Positions 11,951-23,966 of a stretch of DNA of 64,000 nucleotides are shown here, piece after piece. A program made the position numbers and the translations under genes. Numbering within the stretch: position 1 is the first letter of the stretch; each line of letters opens with the position of its first letter. Under the pieces are notes generated by a model that was not told where the DNA came from, ran no database searches, and saw only the letters and a list, made by a program, of their open reading frames with translations. The DNA is from Convolutriloba macropyga (Eukaryota). The stretch spans positions 76,756,001-76,820,000 of the forward strand of contig NC_134469.1 of NCBI RefSeq assembly GCF_964194025.1, read 5' to 3'.

Positions 11951-12999
11951 CAAATACAGGCAAAAAAAATGCACGAAAAAGTTTGAAGGAAAACGATGTC
12001 CCAGCCAATTAAACATTAAGCTGTTCACTAAAAACTTTAAAAATTTTTCACTGCGTTTTTTTTAAATGACCAGAGGACCGCCCATGATTGTAATACTGTG
12101 AAAAGAAAACAAAAATTACAAAAATGGGCGAATTTGCAAAAATCCTGAATATTTTTTAAACAATTGTTGTACCAAGAACAAAGACCATTTGAGGAAAACC
12201 GTTATTAAGAGCAACATGTAGTTCAATAGATAACGGATTTGACTTGTCTATAGAGATGCTTCGCTACAAGTTAACAGAAAAATGATTGGCAAATCTCAGA
12301 AATTCAATATATTTTAAAAAAACAAATATTTTCAGAACTCTTAGCCCACAGAAGCTTTCGACTAAAAGAGTAGAGAGTTTATCTTGAACCTTCTTCGAAA
12401 ACTAATTGCGCCTGTTATTAGTGAGACTAGTTTATAAGCCTATAAGATAACATTAAATACAAGCTGAACTAAAAATTTCACAACTTTACGAAACCAAAGT
12501 TATGAAGCCATTCAATTTATAAAAAAAATTATTCGCAAGAATATTAAATCTTTATTTGCGTCTCCTATGAACATTATAAAGGGTTGATGTAAAACAACTA
12601 TCACAAAATGAATGCAAAAAGGACCACAAAAAATGAAGAGTATCTAAATTTCACAAAATTATTCTGAAACAAATCGTTTAGACCCTGAAGACAGCAGTCA
12701 AAACGTTTAACGAACAGATGAATTATTTTTTGGTTCAACAAAACATTAAAATATCTCTCAATAATGAGGCTAAGTTGCGAAAATGATACAACATTGTAAA
12801 ATATGAAAAACGGAAACCAGAGCAGAAAGGGATAAGTTGACGAATACTTCATTTTTTTGTAGAAATTTAAATTGAACATCAATAAAACCATTAGCTATAT
12901 ACAGATACCATTTATTAAGTTTATTTAGACATCTATATTTGAGACCTTTAGTTACCCAATATTTGGCATACGATAACAAAAATTAAAGAGGGCAAAAAT

Positions 13000-15900
13000 A
13001 AAAAGCTCCAAACTCTGCAAGGGAACTGTGTCGCAGCCCTTAAGAAACCATATGTTATGCAAACAATAGATGTGTTCAGTTACGAATTTTGTGAAGCTTT
13101 TTCAGTTAGATTGTTAAGTAGTGTGACAATTTGCCAGAGAAGCAAAAACAACAGCAAAAATGGGCAATTAAGCACAAACATCACAAAATTTTGCATGGAA
13201 ACTCGTATTACCAAAACAACGAAAACGTTCTTTAAAAGCAATCCGCCGAAAAATTATTTTATTCTATAGTAAAAAAAGGTTTGAACAGAGACGAAGCTAA
13301 ATGTTGGCAGAAACAATATAAAAATTGACAAGTTAAAAAATCACTGAAATTTCTTTAAAACAAATACATTCAATGAAATAAGAGACATTATGTAGCAATC
13401 GAATGCATGGTACAGGTTCACTTACACCTCTTGAAGAAGTCAGTTAGATCTTTGAGTGGTAAACTTAGTAATCTGACTGCAAAAAGATTAACAATTGAAT
13501 GCAAAACACAATAATTTAGATAAAAATTACTAAAACTCTTCTTCGAAGCGATAAAGATGATTGTTCCCTGAAAACAAACTATATATTCATTCCGCCTCAG
13601 TTTTACGTAATTGGGAGCTGTCATTAATGAAGCCATGAATAAAAAATTTTGTCATTATTAACATTAAAAAAACAAAAGTTATGTATTTTGAAAAAGCTCC
13701 AAACTCTGCAAGGGAACTGTGTCGCAGCCCTTAAGAAACCATATGTTATGCAAACAATAGATGTGTTCAGTTACGAATTTTGTAAAGCTTTTTCAGTTAG
13801 ATTGTTAAGTAGTGTGACAATTTGCCAGAGAAGCAAAAACAACAGCAAAAATGGGCAATTAAGCACAAACATCACAAAATTTTGCATGGAAACTCGTATT
13901 ACCAAAACAACGAGAACGTTCTTTAAAAGCAATCCGCCGAAAAATTATTTTATTCTATAGTAAAAAAAGGTTTGAACAGAGACGAAGCTAAATGTTGGCA
14001 GAAACAATATAAAAATTGACAAGTTAAAAAATCACTGAAATTTCTTTAAAACAAATACATTCAATGAAATAAGAGACATTATGTAGCAATCGAATGCATG
14101 GTACAGGTTCACTTACACCTCTTGAAGAAGTCAGTTAGATCTTTGAGTGGTAAACTTAGTAATCTGACTGCAAAAAGATTAACAATTGAATGCAAAACAC
14201 AATAATTTAGATAAAAATTACTAAAACTCTTCTTCGAAGCGATAAAGATGATTGTTCCCTGAAAACAAACTATATATTCATTCCGCCTCAGTTTTACGTA
14301 ATTGGGAGCTGTCATTAATGAAGCCATGAATAAAAAATTTTGTCATTATTAACATTAAAAAAACAAAAGTTATGTATTTTGAAAAAGCTCCAAACTCTGC
14401 AAGGGAACTGTGTCGCAGCCCTTAAGAAACCATATGTTATGCAAACAAAAGATGTGTTCAGTTACGAATTTTGTAAAGCTTTTTCAGTTAGATTGTTAAG
14501 TAGTGTGACAATTTGCCAGAGAAGCAAAAACAACAGCAAAAATGGGCAATTAAGCACAAACATCACAAAATTTTGCATGGAAACTCGTATTACCAAAACA
14601 ACGAGAACGTTCTTTAAAAGCAATCCGCCGAAAAATTATTTTATTCTATAGTAAAAAAAGGTTTGAACAGAGACCAAGCTAAATGTTGGCAGAAACAATA
14701 TAAAAATTGACAAGTTAAAAAATCACTGAAATTTCTTTAAAACAAATACATTCAATGAAATAAGAGACATTATGTAGCAATCGAATGCATGGTACAGGTT
14801 CACTTACACCTCTTGAAGAAGTCAGTTAGATCTTTGAGTGGTAAACTTAGTAATCTGACTGCAAAAAGGTTAACAATTGAATGCAAAACACAATAATTTA
14901 GATAAAAATTACTAAAACTCTTCTTCGAAGCGATAAAGATGATTGTTCCCTGAAAACAAACTATATATTCATTCCGCCTCAGTTTTACGTAATTGGGAGC
15001 TGTCATTAATGAAGCCATGAATAAAAAATTTTCTCATTATTAACATTAAAAAAACAAAAGTTATGTATTTTGAAAAAGCTCCAAACTCTGCAAGGGAACT
15101 GTGTCGCAGCCCTTAAGAAACCATATGTTATGCAAACAATAGATGTATTCAGTTACGAATTTTGTAAAGCTTTTTCAGTTAGATTGTTAAGTAGTGTGAC
15201 AATTTACCAGAGAAGCAAAAACAACAGCAAAAATGGGCAATTAAGCACAAACATCACAAAATTTTGCATGGAAACTCGTAGTACCAAAACAACGAAAACG
15301 TTCTTTAAAAACAATCCGCCGAAAAATTATTTTATTCTATAGTAAAAAAAGGTTTGAACAGAGACGAAGCTAAATGTTGGCAGAAACAATATAAAAATTG
15401 ACAAGTTAAAAAATCACTGAAATTTCTTTAAAACAAATACATTCAATGAAATAAGAGACATTATGTAGCAATCGAATCTATGGTACAGGTTCACTTACTA
15501 CTTTTGAAGAAGTCAGTTAGATCTTTGAGTGGTAAACTTAGTAATCTGACTGCAAAAAGATTAACAATTGAATGCAAAACACAATAATTTAGATAAAATT
15601 TACTAAAACTCTTCTTCGAAGCGATAAAGATGATTGTTCCCTGAAAACAAACTATATATTCAATCCGCCTCAGTTTTACGTAATTGGGAGCTGTCATTAA
15701 TGAAGCCATGAATAAAAAATTTTGTCATTATTAACATTAAAAAAACAAAAGTTATGTATTTTGAAAAAGCTCCAAACTCTGCAAGGGAACTGTGTCGCAG
15801 CCCTTAAGAAACCATATGTTATGCAAACAATAGATGTATTCAGTTACGAATTTTGTAAAGCTTTTTCAGTTAGATTGTTAAGTAGTGTGACAATTTACCA

Positions 15901-17838
15901 GAGAAGCAAAAACAACAGCAAAAATGGGCAATTAAGCACAAACATCACAAAATTTTGCATGGAAACTCGTAGTACCAAAACAACGAAAACGTTCTTTAAA
16001 AACAATCCGCCGAAAAATTATTTTATTCTATAGTAAAAAAAGGTTTGAACAGAGACGAAGCTAAATGTTGGCAGAAACAATATAAAAATTGACAAGTTAA
16101 AAAATCACTGAAATTTCTTTAAAACAAATACATTCAATGAAATAAGAGACATTATGTAGCAATCGAATCTATGGTACAGGTTCACTTACTACTTTTGAAG
16201 AAGTCAGTTAGATCTTTGAGTGGTAAACTTAGTAATCTGACTGCAAAAAGAATAACAATTGAATGCAAAACACAATAATTTAGATAAAGTTTACTAAAAC
16301 TCTTCTTCAAAGCGATAAGAATGATTTTTCTCTGAAAACAAACTATATATTCATTCCGCCTCAGTTTTACGTAATTGGGAGCTGTCATTAATGAAGCCAT
16401 GAATAAAAAATTTTGTCATTATTAACGTTAAAAAAACAAAAGTTATGTATCTTGAAAAAGCTCCAAACTCTGCAAGGGAACTGTGTCGCAGCCCTTAAGA
16501 AACCATATGTTATGCAAACAATAGATGTGTTCAGTTACGAATTTTGTAAAGCTTTTTCAGTTCGATTGTTAAGTAGTGTGACAATTTGCCAGAGAAGCAA
16601 AAACAACAGCAAAAATGGGCAATTAGGCACAAACATCACAAAATTTTGCATGGAAACTCGTAGTACCAAAACAACAAAAACGTTCTTTTGAAACAATCCG
16701 CCGAAAAATTATTTTGTATTCTATAGGAAAAAAGGTTTGAACAGAGACGAAGCTGAATGTTGGCAGAAACAATATAAAAATTGACAAGTTAAAAAATCAC
16801 TGAAATTTCTTTAAAACAAATACATTCAATGAAATAAGAGACATTATGTAGCAATCGAATCTATGGTACAGGTTCACTTACTACTTTTGAAGAAGTCAGT
16901 TAGATCTTTGAGTGGTAAACTTAGTAATCTGACTGCAAAAAGAATAACAATTGAATGCAAAACACAATAATTTAGATAAAGTTTACTAAAACTCTTCTTC
17001 AAAGCGATAAAAATGATTGTTCTCTGAAAACAAACTATATATTCATTCCGCCTCAGTTTTACGTAATTGGGAGCTGTCATTAATGAAGCCATGAATAAAA
17101 AATTTTGTCATTATTAACATTAAAAAAACAAAAGTTATGTATTTTGAAAAAGCTCCAAACTCTGCAAGGGAACTGTGTCGCAGCCCTTAAGAAACCATAT
17201 GTTATGCAAACAATAGATGTGTTCAGTTACGAATTTTGTAAAGCTTTTTCAGTTAGATTGTTAAGTAGTGTGACAATTTGCCAGAGAAGCAAAAACAGCA
17301 GCAAAAATGGGCAATTAAGCACAAACATCACAAAATTTTGCATGGAAACTCGTAGTACCAAAACAACAAAAACGTTCTTTTGAAACAATCCGCCGAAAAA
17401 TTATTTTGTATTCTATAGGAAAAAAGGTTTGAACAGGGACGAAGCTGAATGTTGGCAGAAACAATATAAAAATTGACAAGTTAAAAAATCACTGAAATTT
17501 CTTTAAAACAAATACATTCAATGAAATAAGAGACATTATGTAGCAATCGAATCTATGGTACAGGTTCACTTACTACTTTTGAAGAAGTCAGTTAGATCTT
17601 TGAGTGGTAAACTTAGTAATCTGACTGCAAAAAGAATAACAATTGAATGCAAAACACAATAATTTAGATAAAGTTTACTAAAACTCTTCTTCAAAGCGAT
17701 AAAAATGATTGTTCTCTGAAAACAAATTATATATTCATTCCGCCTCAGTTTTACGTAATTGGGAGCTGTCATTAATGAAGCCTTGAATAAAAAATTTTGT
17801 CATTTTTAACATTAAAAAAACAAAAGTTATGTATTTTG
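13000..17838. repeat. Tandem array of exactly 7 near-identical 691/692-bp units
   Basis: AAAAAGCTCCAAACTCTGCAAGGG starts at 13000, 13691, 14382, 15073, 15764, 16455 and 17147 (5x691 + 2x692 = 4839 bp). The same short ORFs recur in the ORF track. Confidence 0.98.
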
Positions 17839-19234
17839 AAAAAAGGGAGCACCAAAATTAAATTAAAGAATTTCTGATTGTAGGAATCAATGATATCAAA
17901 CCTATCCCTGACTTTGCCGTGCGCCAAAAAAACGACCAAGTGTTCCAAAGATTTGCGAATTAGACCAATTATTGATTGAAATACTTCAAATATTAAAAAA
18001 AAACAATAATGCATTTTGTATAATTATCTAGTTGAATTTGAAAAACGGCAAAATTTTAATTCCAGAAGCCTCTTATAGGGCGCCGAGTTTCAACTAGCTC
18101 TCCTTTGGAATTTAAGGAGATTTTTTCAGCGTTTTCTAGGTCTCCACTTTCGGCAGCTTTTCGGCAACTTAAACAAAGTGGACCAAAAAAGCATATTTTG
18201 TGCAGTTTTTGATGAAAAAACTATTTGAATTTTGAAAATTTTATTAAAATTTTTAGCCAAAGAAACTGCAATCAGACAATTTAGCAACGCTCTTCTGTCT
18301 TTAACTGTTACAATAACACTCTACTGTTAAAAATTTTAACTTATTTTAAGTTATATTAGCAAACCTGTGCCAAATTTTAGCAAAAAAGTACTGTAAACGT
18401 GAATAAAAACTGTCGAATATTCTCAAAACTTTAAACCTCGATAACTCCCTGTAAAAAACGGAATTCGAAATAAAATCTTTTAAATTCCAAGTTCGTTCTT
18501 TTTAATGATACCACTCACAACTCTACTAGGAATATATCGATCGGCCAAAGTCGTCAACTAAAAGAAACCATTTGAGTATGTAGTTCCTCCCTGCGCACTA
18601 ATGTGGGGTTCGGAACAAATAGCTGTATGTAAATGATTATCACCTTTTGCTGTGGAAGAACATCCATAACTGTCTCTAGTTGAGAGAAATAGAAAAGCAA
18701 TCTTAATCCAATTTCGGGAAAATTGTGAGCATGAGCGGTAATGAAATTTTCTATATTTCAGTAGTTAATTTCGTTGACAAGGCAAACCAAATAAATTTAA
18801 AATCACCTTTATTTTGATCATTTCTTTGTTTTTTTTGTACTTGTAGTGAGTCTTTTTATTCCATAAAGCAATTGCGCTCTTTATCTGCCTTGAACATTGT
18901 ATACGGCGGCGTAGAGGCTTAAGTTTGATATTCCTTGATTCTTCGGATAAAAAATTTTCCATACATCGAGAGCCCCTCCCTCAATTCGGATACGATGAGA
19001 TGGAAGTTTCCGTTTATGAGATCTAAAAATGAACAACTTTCATCTCCAATTTCTCAATTTCTTTTTGAATAAACATTTTCGAAGTTTTTTATGATTTTGA
19101 CAGTTACCATCTTTCAATTCTCTGACAGGCGGCATTCTTGCTCTTGATCGAAACTGCTCTTATTCATTATTAAAAAGTCAAATGAAAAGAGCTCAGAAAT
19201 AAGTTTTGTTTATTTTCGCTCTAACTTCAATTGC

Positions 19235-19780
19235 AAACGTTCAAATCCAAGAAATACGTAAGTAAGCTACTTGTTTTTGAGATGCATTTTCAATAACATT
19301 GCAATTGCCGTTTTCTTTAAGTTTTTTACGAGTCTATTGGGAATCGATAGAATTTAATTGGTCTAGATTCTAGAAAAAATGACAAAAGTACTTTTGAAAG
19401 TACTTTTTGTGTGTATAGAAGTAAATCTGGATAGAAGTTTGGGAGTTTTCCATAAAAAGCAGTAAATCGAGTACCACGTGAAATTTATTCAACTTTATTA
19501 TATTTTCTTCATTTCAAGCAAGCATTTGCACTGTGGAGTGCAATGTTTTTGAAGATCAAATTGAAGAGATTTCTCGCTGCTTTCAACTTGCCTTTTTAAA
19601 ATCGAAAGTAGGCAAACTTCAATCAGAAATCTGTATCTTTTCTTTTTTCTAGAATTTAGACCACCTGAATTTCTACCGATTCTCTATTGACTCATAGCAA
19701 AATTGAAGGAAAGCAGCAAGCGCAGTAACTGCCTTTCGAATTCAGGTAGCTTTCTATCTAATTCTGCGATTTTAACGTTT
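19235..19780. mobile_element. Diverged MITE-like inverted-repeat element
   Basis: 19321-19390 (GAGTCTATTGGGAATCGATAGAATT..GGTCTAGATTCTAGAAAAAA) is the diverged reverse complement of 19630-19710. Outer arms begin AAACGTT and end AACGTTT. Confidence 0.7.
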
Positions 19781-20180
19781 ACTTTGTTAACTATTGTAGC
19801 AGTGGCTTATAAAAGCTCTAATAGCGTCATTTGAAGCTAGCTGAGTTAAGCCATTAAACCGCTACTAGATACCGCTACATTAAAAACAAGCCCCAGTCAA
19901 TCGTTCGAGAGCAATCGTCCGGCGTTAGTATTAGTGGGTTATGTTTTACATTTAGTCGACTGCTAAACCACTAGAGAGTTATGACAACTTAAAACTGTAG
20001 TTGCTAAATATTGAAATAAAATGTTTTGTAAATTTCAACGTTTCAGGTTTATCTTCACGGTATTTTTGTTAGGTTGTTACATCATTTGATGATGTCGGCA
20101 ACGTTTCATAGCTTTCAGGTTTGACATGCTCTGATTGAGATTAGAGAAATAGTTGGCTCAATAGATGACATCTTTTGTGA

Positions 20181-23100
20181 ATGCGAAAGTCAAGATGTAA
20201 ATCGAGGCTAGACGCCCAACGGGGTCACTCTCAAGATAGCAGCTGTACAGACTGCTCATCCCCCACAAGTATCAGCCCGGTTCTTACCAGCTGCAGATCT
20301 GGTTTTCCTGAGCCGGATGTATCCGAGCATGCATCTGGAGAAAAATTAGGCTTTATAAGCAACAATGGAAATCGGCGAAAAAGTGAACCGTTGCAAGAGC
20401 GATCTCAATGCCTATCCGACAGTGTGTTCAATTTGAGCTCATCGCTGTTTAATAAAACAGAATTTAACGCCAAAACTTCAGAAGGTATCAATGATATTGC
20501 TCATGAGGCTACAGAGAAGAGCACGTCAACGCCAGTTGTTGGCAAATATGTGAAGAGGTCAACGAAGAGTCCATATATGTTGAGGTCACCTTCTGCAAAA
20601 TGTGTGAGTGGATCAAGGGTTGAAATTTGTTCAAACAAAAATGGGAAGAAAAGAATGCAGGCAATTTCAACACCAGAGTTTAAGTCGCCTATAATACAGT
20701 CTAAGAGACCGAAACTCACAGGGTTCACCTCGGCTGGTAACTTCCAAATTAGTTCAACGATTTCTCCACTGGACAACACTTCAAGCTATAATCAAAACAA
20801 CCATGGTTCAGTTGCTGATGATTTGGGGTCATTTTTTGGTCTACCCGAGCAGGTGCAGCAAATCTTCGAAGAAACTAGAAACATATCCAAACTGTTTGAT
20901 TGGCAAATCGAATGTTTAAATTTAAAATCGGTTCAATGCAGGAAAAATTTGATTTACTCTCTACCCACAAGTGGTGGAAAAACTTTGGTAGCTGAAATTT
21001 TGTTGCTGAAAGAAGTGATTGCGAATGGCAAAGATGCGATTTTCGTGTTCCCGTTTGTTTCGATTGTTCAAGAGAAGCTCAAAGGTTTCATACCTTTTGC
21101 AACGGAATTTGATTTTGTATTAGACGAGTACGCCGGTAGCAGAGGTCAAATTCCGCCAAAGAAGAGGAGCAAAAGTACAATTTTTTTCGGTACTATTGAA
21201 AAAGTGCACATTTTGATTAACAGTTTGATAGAAATTGGAGGACTTGATAGAATCGGGCTTGTAGTGGTTGACGAGTTGCACTTGATAGGAGAGAAAGATG
21301 CGTCTAGTTCTGGTTCTAATCGAGGAGCGGGGCTTGAAGTTATGCTCTGTAAATTGATGCGAGTTTCTCCAAAAACTCATATTGTCGGAATGACTGCTAC
21401 ATTGAAAAATATTGACGAGGTCGCGTCGTTTCTACATGCTGATATTTACACTAATAAATTTCGACCAGTCGAACTGAAGCAAATGTTCAAATTCTCGGAC
21501 GCAATTTTTAGAGTCAGTAGCAGTTCTTTAAGTGGTTTTGAGGAAAGTTTGTTCGAAATGGAAAGAATGTCGTCGTATAATTACACAAAAGAGCAGACAT
21601 TCAAGGATCCCGACCATGTTGTAGGCTTATGCAGTGAAGTTATACCGGAAAGTTCGTGTCTGGTCTTTTGTCCGAGCAAGAAAAACTGCGAAAACGTGGC
21701 ATCTTTGATTTGCAGTTTTATGCCTCCAGCACTACGGTCTGTGAATAAGGAGGAGAGGGAGGCGCTCGTTAATGAGCTGCAAAGTGACGCAGACGGCAAT
21801 TTGTGCGCGGTGCTGGGAAAATGTATTCCATACGGAGTGGCATATCATCACTCTGGGTTGACAATGGATGAAAGAAAGGCTATAGAAGATGCCTATCTTC
21901 AAGGTACAACTATCAAGTTCCAGAAATTGACTTTTGCTGTTGTATTTCATGTCGAATATCACGTACATTGAAAGCGGTCCTGATTGCGCGCCTTGAAATT
22001 CAAGCCGGTATACATTGGTCTGAAACTACGTTTGTTTTTCGTTCTTTGCTATGTCTTTGGGTGCTGCTTCTAGGCTGTTTTGTAATATAGATCCAAATTT
22101 AGCGAAGAATTCTTAAATATCTGAACCCGAAAGTATTTTACAAAAAAATATCCACCAAAAACTCATCGAAAGAGCTTGGTATCACTGACTAAATGGTCAC
22201 GGTAACATAACAAATAATCGTCAATATGTTAATCTTTGAACAAATTTGCAGATCATAACATAACTGAATACCAGAACTTCTGGACGGTTTTTAAATTGGG
22301 TGACTTCTGATCTTCGGAATTCAAAATCAATTGTGGTTATTATAGTTCTGTTTGTATCACCAAACCTGGCCATAATTACTTGTTCTAGGTGTGTTGTGTC
22401 TTCTGTGTTGCACCTCAACCCTAGCAGCAGGTGTCAATCTGCCAGCCAAGCGAGTTATTATCAGGTCTCCCTATGTGGGAAGAGACTTCATCAGCCCAAC
22501 TCAGTACAAACAGATGATTGGGCGGGCAGGGAGAACTGGCTTCTCCTCCGAGGGAGAGTCTATTCTCATTGTCAACAAAATTTCGGACAGGTGCAAGATT
22601 GAAAAGTTAGTTCGCGAAGAATCTGAGTACTGTAAGAGTGGCTTACTTTCAAAAAACACAAATGTTCTCAAATCAGTTCTGTTGTCACTAGTTGGCCTGA
22701 ATGTTTGCAAGTCTCTAAATGACGTGCAAGAGTTTCTGTCATCAACGCTTGCAGCCAAACAGCAAGGTGAATTGAAAATAGACCTTACCAGATTGTTACA
22801 AGACCTAATTGACTTCGGTCTGATGAAAATGATCAAAGACGCCGACGAACGTGAAGATCTGTCAACTTTAACTATTACCCAATTGGGAACTGCTTGCTAT
22901 AAAAGTTCCCTCCCTCTGGACAATGTTACAAATATATACAAAGATTTAGAGACAGCTTCCCAACACTTAGTCGTAGATTCCTATGTTCATCTTTTGTACG
23001 TTTGTGTTCCTGATGAAAACGGATTATTAGATGTGTCCCATGATTGGAATCATTACTTGAACTTATTTGGAACCGCTGACTCCACAATTGTAACGTGCGC

Positions 23101-23677
23101 TAAGTTTTTGGGCATTACAGAGCGGCTGTTAATATCTAAAGCAACGGGAAGTTCAAAATCAGATTTAAACAAATTTGATCATACCCTCGCCAAATTTTAC
23201 TGTGCAATGATTCTTAATGATTTGGTTCTGCCAACAAATATTTGGGATGTTGCCAAAAAGTACAATGTGCCAAGAGGTCTGGTACAGAACTTACTGAGTT
23301 CAGCGTCAAGTTTCTGCTTCCATTTGACGCAGTTTTGCAAAAATCTCAGTGAGTTTTGGGCATTGACCGAATTGCTTCAAGTAATTCAAAAGAAACTGAA
23401 CTTCACATTCAGCCAAGAGCTCCATGTCTTGATGGAAATTCCTCATGTTAAGTACGGACGAGCGAAGCAACTGTTTAATGCAGGCTACAAGACGCTGGCT
23501 TGTGTTGCCAATGCTAATCCACAAGACGTCATGAAAGCGTTGGAAGGAAGCATCACGTTCACGGGTTGTAAAGGCTTAGTGCAAGGTGCCCAGCTGGTCT
23601 TAAATGAGAAAATTGATGCTCTGCGAGACGAAGCAGAGGAACTAAAAGTGGTTCCTGCTGACTTGAAAATTGAGTAA
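20181..23677 (+). CDS. HELQ: Helicase POLQ-like (HELQ/HEL308), ~1003 aa, 2 coding exons (20181-21903, 22389-23677)
   Basis: Motif I NLIYSLPTSGGKTLVAEIL, DELH, GMTATL, VFCPSKKNCE, GVAYHHSGLT, TSTLAAGVNLPAKRVII, QMIGRAGR, and C-terminal HhH GRAKQLFNAGYK. No polymerase domain, so not POLQ. A phase-1 intron 21904-22388 (G|GTACAA..TTCTAG|GT) joins the two ORFs (3012 nt). Confidence 0.96.
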
Positions 23678-23966
23678 TAATTAATTATTACCATTAAAGT
23701 GCAATATTGATTTTGAAATTGTAATTATTTGTCCTCTAAATTTTGTTTTTCTGATCTGATAGAATAGAAATCTTGATTCCGCTGTTTTTTTAAATTAAAA
23801 ATCTTCCATGAGATAAGTTTTTCTTGTAGAACTTACTTCATTGTTTAACGCTACCCTTGGCAAACAAAGTGGTCAGTTTTTTTGACGTAAAAAGTTTGAG
23901 ACCTGTGTCGCCCAGTGATCAAGTTTTGTTTCAGATGAAGTGTGAAAAACCTGTGCGTATGTAGAA

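Noticed and set aside
13000-17838. CRISPR-like array, or tandem functional genes (repeated 72-aa and 103-aa ORFs)
   Set aside because: Whole units repeat with no unique spacers and the context is eukaryotic. The short ORFs mostly depend on non-ATG starts, vary in their stops and have no recognisable intact domain.
10950-18580. Terminal inverted repeats (10950-11060 vs 18480-18580) enclosing the array as one transposon
   Set aside because: Similarity is limited to short patches (GAGTGGTA.CAT, GGCCG); no TSD or clear termini.
20181-23677. POLQ (polymerase theta)
   Set aside because: Motif I is the HELQ type (LPTSGGKT) and the ORF ends after the HhH region with no polymerase domain.
5869-23677. 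Functional DNA-damage cluster of p53 and HELQ
   Set aside because: They are 12.5 kb apart and separated by repeats; adjacency alone is not evidence without conserved synteny or co-regulation data.
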